DNA of 64,000 nucleotides, taken from Flavobacteriales bacterium (GTDB lineage Bacteria; Bacteroidota; Bacteroidia; Palsa-965). The notes under the pieces are model-generated. The model was given only the letters and a program-made list of their open reading frames with translations, was not told where the DNA came from and did not search any database. The translations under genes and the position numbers were made by a program. The stretch spans positions 128,001-192,000 of the forward strand of contig JBEIPA010000008.1 in NCBI GenBank assembly GCA_040377305.1. The letters are read 5' to 3'. This document shows, piece by piece, positions 50,161 through 59,893 of the stretch. Position 1 is the first letter of the stretch. Each line of letters opens with the position of its first letter.

Positions 50161-50730
50161 ATGAAGACGAGAGTAAATTTGATCATTGTACTTCTTTCAC
50201 TTGTCTTTGTTTCGTCGTGCGCACCACCGGCGAAACCTCTTGAGTATGGCGACATTATTTTCGATATAGACTCTGCCAAAGCTATCAGAGAAGCGATCAA
50301 GGATGAACGTAAATCGCGTTTTGATTTGTTCGGTCAATATGCAGGTGTGAGCTTTGATACCACCGGAAAACAGCTCGATACATTTTATTTGTACGATGTT
50401 CATTTCGCATGTACCTGTCCAAACTGGGCAGATACGGTTACTTGGAAAGACAGTACTGCATACTACTACCTCGATCCCGCAGACCCTTCTATTGAGCTCC
50501 CATATGAGTTCACGTTTCCTACGAATACTATTCGGTTTTATGGTACCCTTTTACCCAACTGGGGTCTGCCTAAATACGAGGAATTATACGGTCATCCTCA
50601 AGATGGGCCGGTAATTGTTTATTACGGTTACGAAATGATTCGCCCATGGACTTTCTGGGGTCCGGAAGTAACGACGTACGAAAGAGTCGAAGACACGACG
50701 AGCATGGCTTCTCAATTAATCGTGAAATGA
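50161..50730 (+). CDS. Hypothetical lipoprotein (paralog 1)
   Basis: Lipobox VSSC; shares GD, LDT, P.W.DT, NT.RFYG, YYGY, WGP with the next gene. Confidence 0.7.
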   Translation: MKTRVNLIIVLLSLVFVSSCAPPAKPLEYGDIIFDIDSAKAIREAIKDERKSRFDLFGQYAGVSFDTTGKQLDTFYLYDVHFACTCPNWADTVTWKDSTAYYYLDPADPSIELPYEFTFPTNTIRFYGTLLPNWGLPKYEELYGHPQDGPVIVYYGYEMIRPWTFWGPEVTTYERVEDTTSMASQLIVK

Positions 50731-51290
50731 AAAATAAATTTCAGATGCGCGTAACGATATTATCTGTGAGCATTACACTTGCGACTATTCTCATCCTTTC
50801 GTGTGGTACAGAGCCGCAACTTAAAGATGGCGACACAGTATTTTTCCCAGATACAATTGCATTCAAGCAGGAATGGAAAATGGAAGAACAGCAAATGCTA
50901 ACAGAAGTGTTTGCAGCAGATACTTCTTACAATCAACTCGGTCTTGACACAATTGACCTTACTTTCAAGTTTAGCAGTGGTCCCGACTGGATTGATACTT
51001 CAAAACTGGCACTTGACTGTAAAGAGTGCAGTGAATTCTATACCGAACCCGCAGTATACAGCTTAATGTTCCCAACAGCATTCTTATATGATGGAAATAC
51101 GGTGCGATTTTATGGAGTTCGGATACCAGGTGTGAATGTGCCGGCTGGGAGAGAATTCAGCCCTCCGTCAGCAGTATTTCGATATTACGGTTATGACGTG
51201 ATTGGTACTTTCAAGGTATGGGGACCTACAATGAGCATAACTCAAAACCAAGACACAGTAGAACAACAGGTGATCTTGGTTTTTGATTAG
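50727..51290 (+). CDS. Hypothetical lipoprotein (paralog 2)
   Basis: ATGA overlap with the previous stop; lipobox ILSC; NTVRFYG...YYGYD...WGP. Confidence 0.7.
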   Translation: MKNKFQMRVTILSVSITLATILILSCGTEPQLKDGDTVFFPDTIAFKQEWKMEEQQMLTEVFAADTSYNQLGLDTIDLTFKFSSGPDWIDTSKLALDCKECSEFYTEPAVYSLMFPTAFLYDGNTVRFYGVRIPGVNVPAGREFSPPSAVFRYYGYDVIGTFKVWGPTMSITQNQDTVEQQVILVFD

Positions 51291-51334
51291 CGCATTAACC
51301 CAGCACATTAGCACATTAACCCATTAGCACATTG

Positions 51335-51871
51335 CTAGGTGGTCTTCTCCCCTACAAACTGATCATCCTTATCCTGAAACAACACATTAAACGTTGTGAG
51401 GCTTCCGTAAATTTTCGTGATGTATTGTTGCATCTCCACCTTGTCTTCGTCGGTGAGTTTCTGATGCGCGTTAATTTTCTGTTCGAGTACACGCAGGCGA
51501 TCGCGCAACATAACAATCTTGTGGAAGAACGATTCGATAGAAACTTCCTTCGACTTCAGTGAAGTATCACCCGGTTCCATAATCATGTTTCCGCCCTGCC
51601 ATTTCCCGGCGAGTTCAACGTTACTGCCAACATGATAGTCATCCAGAATACGGCGCAATGTTTTTTCGAGTTCGTCCATGGTGAAAGGGTATTGACTGTT
51701 TTCCTCGCCGGGAGCAGCGAGTAATGTGAGAAGTTCTGCTTTTCGTTTCGAGACTTCCATGATTCCGCGAGCACCGAAATCGATGGTCCAGAATACCGGT
51801 TGATCTCCGGTAATTTTTCCTTTACCGTAGTGTTCGTGATCGACAATTGCACCTACTGTGAATTCTTCCAC
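51335..51871 (-). CDS. Hypothetical protein (SH3-like N-domain plus helical C-domain)
   Basis: VDHEHYGKGKI; FFHKIVMLRDRLRVLEQKIN...QQYITKIYGSLTTFNVLF. Confidence 0.75.
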   Translation of the reverse strand: MEEFTVGAIVDHEHYGKGKITGDQPVFWTIDFGARGIMEVSKRKAELLTLLAAPGEENSQYPFTMDELEKTLRRILDDYHVGSNVELAGKWQGGNMIMEPGDTSLKSKEVSIESFFHKIVMLRDRLRVLEQKINAHQKLTDEDKVEMQQYITKIYGSLTTFNVLFQDKDDQFVGEKTT

Positions 51872-51919
51872 GGTTCTATTTTTGCTTAGGTATCAATGTT
51901 GTTTTGACTCAGGTGCGTT

Positions 51920-52804
51920 TTACCAACGCGATTTTGCTTTCTGCACGTCAAATATTTCTTTCACCTGCTTCTTTATCTTGTCCGCAATTTCGTCTGTCGG
52001 TAAGTCATTCGCGTCATGTCCAAACGGATCTTCAATTTCCTCTGCAAGTAACTCAAGACTGGCGAATGCGTAGAAAATAAATCCTACGATCAGGACTGTC
52101 CAATAGCCATAAGTCGTAGAGATACCGAACGGAATAGTTATGGTATAGAAAAAAACGATTTTCTTAATGAACATACTGTATGAGAATGGAATCGGGGTTG
52201 AGTGAATTCGTTCACAGGCTCCCATATTCTCAGCGAAAGAACGGAGTTCATCATTGAGCATAAGCATCTCTACATCTGTAATGACACCGCGATCCTTCAA
52301 CATGTGTACTTCACTAATAAGATCAGCCAACAACACGTTCGGCACATGTGACGCATTCTTGTAACGATCCATCTGCACGCCGGGAATTTCTATCCAACCT
52401 TCGGTGGACATTTCCTTTCTTAAATGATCCTTACACGCGTAGAAATAATTCGTAAGCAGTGCCCGAATTCTGAGCGCATCCTCTTTGGTTAAAAATGCCG
52501 CAATCTTCATGGAAAAGCTTCGGCTGTGATTCACAAATCCACCCCATAGCTTTCTTCCTTCCCACCAACGGTCATAAGCAGTGTTGGTTCTGAATACCAG
52601 CATCAGGGAAATCACAAATCCGATCAAGGAGTGAATCGCAATAGTTCCTTCAAAGGTCCAGCCAAAAACAGTTTTAATGAGATACACAATTCCTGCAGTG
52701 TAGAGGGAAATTCCAATCATGATTGGAATGAGCATGCGGAACGTATCGCTCTTGTGGAAAGAGAGGATGAACTTGTAGCGGTCTTTAGGGTTGTAAGCGA
52801 TCAT
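51920..52804 (-). CDS. Bestrophin family ion channel (YneE-like)
   Basis: FRTNTAYDRWWEGRKLWG, CERI..TPIPFSY, EIEDPFG..NDLP. Confidence 0.93.
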   Translation of the reverse strand: MIAYNPKDRYKFILSFHKSDTFRMLIPIMIGISLYTAGIVYLIKTVFGWTFEGTIAIHSLIGFVISLMLVFRTNTAYDRWWEGRKLWGGFVNHSRSFSMKIAAFLTKEDALRIRALLTNYFYACKDHLRKEMSTEGWIEIPGVQMDRYKNASHVPNVLLADLISEVHMLKDRGVITDVEMLMLNDELRSFAENMGACERIHSTPIPFSYSMFIKKIVFFYTITIPFGISTTYGYWTVLIVGFIFYAFASLELLAEEIEDPFGHDANDLPTDEIADKIKKQVKEIFDVQKAKSRW

Positions 52805-52847
52805 GGTTGCGAATATAACTGATTACATCATTTCGTAAATTCGAAAC

Positions 52848-53219
52848 ATGAGTGAAAATCACCGCATAGACAAATGGCTTTGGTCGGTACGCCTCTTCAA
52901 AACACGCTCCGAAGCAGCGGAAGCGTGTCGCGGAGGCAAAATCAAGTTGAACGGTGATGCTGTCAAAGCGGCAAAAGAACTGAAACCAAATGACCTGATT
53001 TCCTTCCGAAGTGGCACGATCCAGCGTACAATACGGGTCGTGGATTTTCCTAAATCGCGGCTGGGAGCGAAACTCGTGGCAGGTTATTTTGAAGACCTAA
53101 CGCCTCCCGAAGAGTATGAGCGACAAAAGCTTGAAAAAGAGTATGAACGCCCGTTTTTTTACACCGGAAAAGGACGCCCTACGAAGCGGGACCGAAGAAA
53201 ACTTGACGGTATGACTTGA
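52848..53219 (+). CDS. hslR: Ribosome-associated heat shock protein Hsp15 (S4 domain)
   Basis: RIDKWLWSVRLFKTRS...GRPTKRDRR. Confidence 0.92.
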   Translation: MSENHRIDKWLWSVRLFKTRSEAAEACRGGKIKLNGDAVKAAKELKPNDLISFRSGTIQRTIRVVDFPKSRLGAKLVAGYFEDLTPPEEYERQKLEKEYERPFFYTGKGRPTKRDRRKLDGMT

Positions 53220-53260
53220 TTCGAAATTAGAAGATTCGAATTGCTAACTTCGCTAGCGAA

Positions 53261-53533
53261 ATGGCAGAAATTAATTACGACGATCTACGCGCCAAGCTAA
53301 ACGCAGGAGGTTCCTGGCCCCAGCTTTACATGTTCAAGTTCATTGTTCCATCCGACAATCAGAAAATTGCGCTGGTGGAAAGACTGTTTAACGACGAGGC
53401 GGAAATCAAACTGCAACCGAGTTCGAAGGGTACATACACGTCTTTGACCGTTCGTGTAGTAATGCTGGACGCCGAGGCCATTATCACCGTATACAAACAG
53501 GCGTCTGAAATTGAAGGAATCATCTCTCTATAA
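53261..53533 (+). CDS. DUF493 family protein
   Basis: WP.LYMFKFIVP...SSKGTYTS...IEGIISL. Confidence 0.85.
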   Translation: MAEINYDDLRAKLNAGGSWPQLYMFKFIVPSDNQKIALVERLFNDEAEIKLQPSSKGTYTSLTVRVVMLDAEAIITVYKQASEIEGIISL

Positions 53534-53539
53534 ATCGAT

Positions 53540-55729
53540 ATGAAGAAGTACATCGCTGTATTGTTCACCGCATTGCTGTTTGTTACTGTTAACGCGCAGA
53601 AAAATCTAACCCTGGATGAAGTGGTCATGAGCAGAGCACGACTCTCTCCTACCGGCTTGCTCAATCTGCAATGGATCGCGGGCACCAATAGTTATTCGTG
53701 GATTCGCACAATTGGCGTGGGTGAGGAACTATGTTCTTCCAGCGGCGATGGCAAGAAAATTAAGACGCTTGTTACACTCGTCGAACTGAATGCTAAGGTG
53801 CAGCAGAAACAACTCACCGCTCTCGGGCCAGAGAAGTATTTTCCTGCTGTGCATTGGATTGACGCAAACAAGTTTTACTACGACGCACAGGATTATCGTG
53901 TAACGTTCGATCTGAAATCGAGAACGGCTACTGCTACTAAGCGTGAGCTGTTCCCAGGTGGCGCAGAGAATCACGACCAATCCGATGTTTCGGGTTACAC
54001 CGCATTCACGACCAACAACAATTTGTTTGTGATGATGGATGGTCAGCAAAAACAAGTTACGAATGATCTGAATCCGGGAATTGTAAACGGAAAATCGTAC
54101 CACCGTGAAGAGTTCGGAATCTACAAAGGAACTTTCTGGTCGCCTTCCGGAAAATCATTGGCTTTTGCACGCATGGATGAAACGATGGTGACCGAATATC
54201 CCATCATGGAAATCGGTTCTATTCCTGCAACGGCACGAATGATTCGCTATCCGATGGCCGGACAAAAAAGTCACCAGGCTACGATTGGAGTTTACAACAC
54301 CGTAACGGGTAAAACTGTATTCCTTCAAACAGGAGAACCCGTTGAACAGTATCTCACAAACATTGCGTGGAGTCCCGACAACAAATGGATTTACATTTCA
54401 GTTGTCAACCGCGGACAAGATCATTTGTGGCTGAATCGTTACAATGCAGAGACCGGTGCATTCGACAAAACTCTTTTTGAAGAAACGGATAAAGAGTGGG
54501 TGCAGCCGATGTACACCTTGAAATTTGTCCCTGGGCATGATGATCAGTTTGTGTGGAATTCGGAACGTGAGGGGTACAATGCATTGTACTTGTACAAAAC
54601 CGATGGGACATTGTTACGACAACTAACACCAACCTATCCTAAACCTTCTGAGGGACAAGCCTTCATTGTTACCGAAGTCTATGGTTTTGATCCAAAGGGT
54701 AACACTTGTTTTTTTCAATGTGCTCCTGAGGGCTCCATCAATCGTATAATTTGCAGGGTTGATTTGGCACAAGGAATTCCATCCTTCAAACAATTGCCGA
54801 CATTGGGCGGAACCGCGTCGGCGAAATTTTCCAAAGACTTTTCTCAATTCATTTGCGACTTCAGCAACCTGACAACGCCTAAAACAATTTCGGTAGTCAA
54901 AAGTACAGGTGATCTTCTCGGAACGATTCACACAGCACCCGACCCGTTGGCGGCGTACACAAAGTGCAATGTGAAGTTGTTCACGATCATGGCAGCTGAC
55001 GGAAAAACACCGCTCTGGTGCCGCCAAATTACACCAGCAAACTTCGACTCCACGAAAAAATATCCTTCACTCACGTATGTGTACAACGGACCCAACGTGC
55101 AGACTGTTGTGAACACGTGGATGGCAGGGAACGATTTGTTCCTCTACTACATGGCGCAGCAAGGATATGTTGTTTTCACTGTGGATGGTCGTGGTTCAGA
55201 CAATCGCGGAACTGAATTCGAACAAGCGATTCACCGTCATCTGGGTACTAATGAACTCGCTGATCAGAAAAAAGGAAGCGATTACCTCAAGTCGAAATCG
55301 TGGATCGATGGAAATCGCATGGCGGTGTACGGCTGGAGCTACGGTGGCTTTATGACAACGTCAATGCTTACACGTAGTGATGTGTATCGTTGCGGAGTTG
55401 CGGGCGGAGCAGTAATCGACTGGCAGTATTATGAAATCATGTACACAGAACGTTACATGGATACTCCTCAGGAAAATCCGGAAGGATACAAAGAAGCGAA
55501 CACGCTGAACTACGTCCAGAATCTGAAAGGAAAACTGCTGGAAATTCACGGAACTTCAGACGATGTTGTTGTGTGGCAACACACGCTTGCTTACACGCAG
55601 CAGGCGATCAGCAAAGGTGTGCAAACAGATTACTACATGTATCCTGGACATCTGCACGGTGTGCGTGGTAAAGACCGCATTCACCTGTTGACGAAGATTT
55701 CGAACTACGTGATTGAGAACACGAAATAA
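53540..55729 (+). CDS. S9 family dipeptidyl peptidase IV-like protein
   Basis: FWSP, RYPMAG, GWSYGG, HGTSDDVV, YPGHLH triad motifs. Confidence 0.93.
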   Translation: MKKYIAVLFTALLFVTVNAQKNLTLDEVVMSRARLSPTGLLNLQWIAGTNSYSWIRTIGVGEELCSSSGDGKKIKTLVTLVELNAKVQQKQLTALGPEKYFPAVHWIDANKFYYDAQDYRVTFDLKSRTATATKRELFPGGAENHDQSDVSGYTAFTTNNNLFVMMDGQQKQVTNDLNPGIVNGKSYHREEFGIYKGTFWSPSGKSLAFARMDETMVTEYPIMEIGSIPATARMIRYPMAGQKSHQATIGVYNTVTGKTVFLQTGEPVEQYLTNIAWSPDNKWIYISVVNRGQDHLWLNRYNAETGAFDKTLFEETDKEWVQPMYTLKFVPGHDDQFVWNSEREGYNALYLYKTDGTLLRQLTPTYPKPSEGQAFIVTEVYGFDPKGNTCFFQCAPEGSINRIICRVDLAQGIPSFKQLPTLGGTASAKFSKDFSQFICDFSNLTTPKTISVVKSTGDLLGTIHTAPDPLAAYTKCNVKLFTIMAADGKTPLWCRQITPANFDSTKKYPSLTYVYNGPNVQTVVNTWMAGNDLFLYYMAQQGYVVFTVDGRGSDNRGTEFEQAIHRHLGTNELADQKKGSDYLKSKSWIDGNRMAVYGWSYGGFMTTSMLTRSDVYRCGVAGGAVIDWQYYEIMYTERYMDTPQENPEGYKEANTLNYVQNLKGKLLEIHGTSDDVVVWQHTLAYTQQAISKGVQTDYYMYPGHLHGVRGKDRIHLLTKISNYVIENTK

Positions 55730-55732
55730 TTC

Positions 55733-55896
55733 ACCACTTAGGATCATAGTTTGCCTTAGGTGTTAAGGCGCTACGCGATCATAGAACACACGAGGATCGA
55801 AATCGCAGGCGATTTCTCTCCTGTGAACTATGACGGACCGGCTTGCCCGGCTCGCTTCGCAAACAAATAAATAAATTTTCTATGACCCTATGTGGT
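55733..55896. mobile_element. ~164-bp CATAG hairpin element, copy 4, arms C+A
   Basis: TIR ACCACTTAGGATCATAG / CTATGACCCTATGTGGT; left arm is the reverse complement of arm C, right arm of arm A. Confidence 0.85.
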
Positions 55897-55900
55897 AAAA

Positions 55901-56107
55901 CTACGTCAGAAGAATTTCCTGATCGCCGACTTTAACTTTCATGCCCGGTCTAAGCTTCGCGCGCTTCCTCAATTCAATTACACCATCAACCATTACTTCA
56001 CCTTGTGTGACGAGAATTCCTGCTATGCCACCTGTGTCGGCGATGCCGCTTACTTTCAGCAATGCGATTAGCTCGATGTATTCTCCTTTAATTTTGAAAT
56101 CTTCCAT
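55901..56107 (-). CDS. S4-domain RNA-binding protein (YbcJ/YaaA family)
   Basis: EYIELIALLK..GIADTGG.A...V.VDG..E.RKRAKL. Confidence 0.88.
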   Translation of the reverse strand: MEDFKIKGEYIELIALLKVSGIADTGGIAGILVTQGEVMVDGVIELRKRAKLRPGMKVKVGDQEILLT

Positions 56108-56147
56108 TTTCTGTGTGTTATTCGAGGTATCGGGAGAAGGCTGACAA

Positions 56148-57251
56148 TCAGATGAGCTGATACCACTTATTATCATTCAGTGAGCGATACAATCTTCCCT
56201 TGCGCATTTTGAACCGGTAACCGAAGTTGAAATCAATTGAATGATAGCGCGGTTCAATTCGCATTCCGGTATTTACGTAAGAGTTGTAATCTACGCGATA
56301 AGTCAGTGAGAAAAACATTCGCTTTCCGTTCAAACCCATCGCTGCACGAAAATCTGCTGCTGCTCCTACACGCCACTTTTTCGAAGAGAATGAATTATCG
56401 AATGTTGTAATGTTGCGATGCTGGAAATCAAATCCACTGGTCAATGTGAGGTTGAGATAAAGCGTTTTGAAAATTACAAGATTAAATGAATAACCAGGTC
56501 CGATAGAAATTCCCTGCACGCGATACTGGTTCATCATACCATACATTCCGTAAAAGGGTCGGGATGCCACCGGAATCATCGACGTATCGGATGTGAAATT
56601 GTAATCGTAGATATTGCTCACTGCAAGTAATGATCCTGCTGACTTCAATTGGCGTTGCGTATTAAAGTATGCCGAGCTGTATGAGAACTTCCGCTTATTG
56701 AACACGAAAAGTGTTTTCACGCGAATGGAACGCACCGTCATGGAAGGATTCTGAAAATAGACACCATCGTGCTGGAAGGTTGTATCATACACAGGTGTCT
56801 TCACATCATAAAAGCCATTGTACTTGCGATACGACGATTCAAATCGAAAGCGATAGAAAGTAAACGACAGACTATACGAGCTGTACTTTGTTTTTCCTCT
56901 GCGCGCAATGATTGTATCTGTTGGAGGAACAGAACGTAATCCGAAACAGAATGAAATTTTATCGAAGTCGATGGAGATTCCGGTAACTGCATTGCCATCC
57001 GCAATCATTTTCGGTGCACCAATTCCTGCTGTATCAGACATCAAGGTTTGACTGAAACGCACATCATACTGACGATATGACTGTGAAAGCGTTACAATAA
57101 ACCGATCGGGATACTTCTTGACAAAGTTCGTATCCACTGTGTTGTGGTAACGACGGAGTGAATCGCGCCCGGACCTATCGGGACCTGTTCCACCAGCGTT
57201 AAGTTCTAGTCCTACAATCAGCAGCAGGACAAATATTGGACAAGATTTCAT
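56148..57251 (-). CDS. DUF4421-like outer membrane protein
   Basis: VDTNFV, NKRKFSYSSAY..QRQLKSAGS, GPGYSFN, FGYRF. Confidence 0.8.
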   Translation of the reverse strand: MKSCPIFVLLLIVGLELNAGGTGPDRSGRDSLRRYHNTVDTNFVKKYPDRFIVTLSQSYRQYDVRFSQTLMSDTAGIGAPKMIADGNAVTGISIDFDKISFCFGLRSVPPTDTIIARRGKTKYSSYSLSFTFYRFRFESSYRKYNGFYDVKTPVYDTTFQHDGVYFQNPSMTVRSIRVKTLFVFNKRKFSYSSAYFNTQRQLKSAGSLLAVSNIYDYNFTSDTSMIPVASRPFYGMYGMMNQYRVQGISIGPGYSFNLVIFKTLYLNLTLTSGFDFQHRNITTFDNSFSSKKWRVGAAADFRAAMGLNGKRMFFSLTYRVDYNSYVNTGMRIEPRYHSIDFNFGYRFKMRKGRLYRSLNDNKWYQLI

Positions 57252-57545
57252 GGGATCACCGCGAAACTAAATTATTTAAGTCATTCCTGAAAATGGCAAT
57301 CCGAACTAACCATTTAGTGACGTAAATCATTCTACATATGTAGACAAATAGCCATACATTCGCAACTTGAATAGGAATAACCCCGAATTAATAACGTTCA
57401 TATCTCACTGATTTTTGTGTATTCCTTAAAGACCTTCGGGATTTAGCGGACAGGCACAATATTTCGAATAGTACCTATTGGGCAATCTCAGATGCTCGGA
57501 TAAACGTAGTTACAATACACAGATCCACAAATTAACACAACACAC

Positions 57546-59822
57546 ATGAAAAACACTTTACGCAATAGTCAGAGAGTGCCCCGACTATTTGCACTATTAC
57601 TTGGTTCATTCATAATGAGCCAGGTGTGGGGTCAAACACTTGTGCAATACGATGCATCTGCATTGCCTAATGCCGCAAATACGAACATTCCTGTTTTTTC
57701 CAATAATTCCAATGTAACAGCTACCACAGTTACACGTGGTGCCGGATTATCAGCAGCGGTATCCTCGGGCTCCCTTTCCTCTACCGGATGGCCTGTTGCT
57801 GCTACCGCTCCTGCAGGCAGTGACTACTACACGTTTACGATAAACGCGAATAGTGGATTTGTCCTTGATGTGCGCGGAACGGTGCTCAGTTTTGGGACAC
57901 AGCGTACAACTAATGCCGGGGTAACAAAGGTGTATGTGTACACGAGTGCCGACGGATTTACTGCGCCGTTGAGTACAACTACACTTAACACAACAAACGT
58001 GTTCAATGTCACGTGTACATTGCCGAACACAGGTGTATACAATAACCTGTTTAACCTTGAGGTGCGTATATATGGAGATGCTGCAACCAATGGTGCAATT
58101 CCGTTGCTGCTTCGCGATCCATCTGCAGGCCCAACGAATATTCAACTTAGCGGTGGCGCTGTAGTGAACTGTATTCCACAGTTGACCTTCATTTCCAGCC
58201 AACCTCCTATTTGCGATGGAGACGACATCAATCTGACCGCAACTTTCACTTCTCCTATTACGCCAACTTATAGCTGGGTTGGACCTAGTGCATTCTCATC
58301 AGGAATTCAGAGTCCAAGTATTTCAGGTGCAACGGGTGCTAATGGCGGTACGTATACCGTAACGGCTACTTCTGCTGGTTGTGGCTCTGCAAATGCTACA
58401 ACTACTTATAACGTTTCTGATATTCAATCTACGATCAACAGTACACTTGAAACTTGTCCGGGTACCTGCGACGGAGCGAGCATTGTAAATCCAGGCGGTG
58501 GTATCGGACAGTATACATTTTCGTGGTCACCATCTGGTGGTACTTCAGCCAGCGCAACAGGATTATGCAGCGGTCACTACACCGTTACAATTACTGATGG
58601 CATTGGTTGTACTGCAACAAATTCAACGGCGATTTCAGCTAACGATTGCAGTAACTCGACACAACTCAACAGTGTGTGGTGCGAGGCTACAAATTGCAAC
58701 CTCTCACAAACAATTGCTTGTGTTGCTGTACCAGGTGCAACGAATTACGAATATCGTTTCACCAATAACGCGCTTGGTTACAGCTACAGCCGCGTAAAAG
58801 GTAACGGAATGAATAGCATTCCTTTGTCGTGGATCCTGGGCTTGCAATATGGATATACTTACCAGGTTCAGGTTCGTCCATATGTAAACAATATGTGGCA
58901 GAACTATGGTCCGGTTTGTAACCTGAGCATGGCTGCAACTGTACCTAATACACAGTTAAACGGAACGAGTTGCGGTGCAACAAATCATACGCTATCCAGC
59001 GCATTATATGTTGTTCCTGTTGGAGGTGCTGCTAACTACGAATACCGAATCAGCAACGGCACGCAACCGTATAATTATACACGGCAGCGCGGTGCTTCGA
59101 CTACATCCATTCCGCTTTCATGGTTTCCAGGACTACAGTATGGCCAAACTTACGACGTAGAAGTGCGCGCGCTAGTTGGTGGCGACTGGGGCACATTCGG
59201 GCCTGTCTGCACATTCTCCATGCAAGCGAATCCACCTTCACCAACCGTTACAACTTGCGGTGGACCATTTGCACTCACGCAGCCATTGTATTGCACAGCG
59301 GTTGTTGGTGCTCAGGATTATGAATGGAAATTCGTAGGTGCGCAAACGTATACCCGTACTCGTGGCAATAATTCAACCAGCTTCTACGTGAGTTCAATCG
59401 CAGGCTTCGTTCCAGGCACCTATATGGTTTCTGTACGTGCTAAAGTTGGCGGTGTCTGGTCGAACGTGTACGGATCCGAGTGCTCAGTTACTTTCAGCAG
59501 CCCTGCGCGTATGCAGAATCCTGAAGCAACCAATCCGGATGCAACCACCATCGAAACGGTTCCTATGTCGTTGTTAATTTATCCGAATCCGGTAGGCCAA
59601 GGAATTACTCCAACAATAAACTTGCAAGGAGCAGACGGACAAGTTGCAACGATAACCGTTGTGGATCTTTCAGGTCGCCTTGTAACAAGCTATCAGGTAA
59701 CTGTAGCGGGCAATGACTTCAACACACCATTGGTAAACTGTGAAGGCATCCCGTCAGGAATGTATTTCATGACAGTAATCATTGGCGAAGAAGCTTTGAA
59801 TTCCAGATTTATCCAGGATTAA
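57546..59822 (+). CDS. Secreted protein with SprB-like and three FnIII-like repeats and T9SS CTD
   Basis: Repeats V.GA.NYEY...GLQYG.TY.V.VR......W...GPVC; IYPNP...GMYF CTD. Confidence 0.85.
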   Translation: MKNTLRNSQRVPRLFALLLGSFIMSQVWGQTLVQYDASALPNAANTNIPVFSNNSNVTATTVTRGAGLSAAVSSGSLSSTGWPVAATAPAGSDYYTFTINANSGFVLDVRGTVLSFGTQRTTNAGVTKVYVYTSADGFTAPLSTTTLNTTNVFNVTCTLPNTGVYNNLFNLEVRIYGDAATNGAIPLLLRDPSAGPTNIQLSGGAVVNCIPQLTFISSQPPICDGDDINLTATFTSPITPTYSWVGPSAFSSGIQSPSISGATGANGGTYTVTATSAGCGSANATTTYNVSDIQSTINSTLETCPGTCDGASIVNPGGGIGQYTFSWSPSGGTSASATGLCSGHYTVTITDGIGCTATNSTAISANDCSNSTQLNSVWCEATNCNLSQTIACVAVPGATNYEYRFTNNALGYSYSRVKGNGMNSIPLSWILGLQYGYTYQVQVRPYVNNMWQNYGPVCNLSMAATVPNTQLNGTSCGATNHTLSSALYVVPVGGAANYEYRISNGTQPYNYTRQRGASTTSIPLSWFPGLQYGQTYDVEVRALVGGDWGTFGPVCTFSMQANPPSPTVTTCGGPFALTQPLYCTAVVGAQDYEWKFVGAQTYTRTRGNNSTSFYVSSIAGFVPGTYMVSVRAKVGGVWSNVYGSECSVTFSSPARMQNPEATNPDATTIETVPMSLLIYPNPVGQGITPTINLQGADGQVATITVVDLSGRLVTSYQVTVAGNDFNTPLVNCEGIPSGMYFMTVIIGEEALNSRFIQD

Positions 59823-59842
59823 GCTTCCGGAAAAAATGAATT

Positions 59843-59875
59843 AAAAAAGGGATGCAGAAATTGCATCCCTTTTTT
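59843..59875. terminator. Bidirectional terminator
   Basis: AAAAAAGGGATGCA-GAAAT-TGCATCCCTTTTTT. Confidence 0.85.
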
Positions 59876-59893
59876 GTTGAACAAAACTTAAGA

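Larger units (their letters stand above)
50116..51333. mobile_element. Two-gene cassette bounded by octamer-repeat inverted arms
   Basis: GGGTTAATGTGCTAATG (50147-50163) is the perfect inverse of CATTAGCACATTAACCC (51306-51322); extra octamers outside both. Confidence 0.55.

Noticed and set aside
57252-57545. Riboswitch or ncRNA in the long leader of the T9SS gene
   Set aside because: Only a 14-bp palindrome (TCTACATATGTAGA) and a -7 motif are visible; no recognisable aptamer consensus. A covariance-model scan would be needed.
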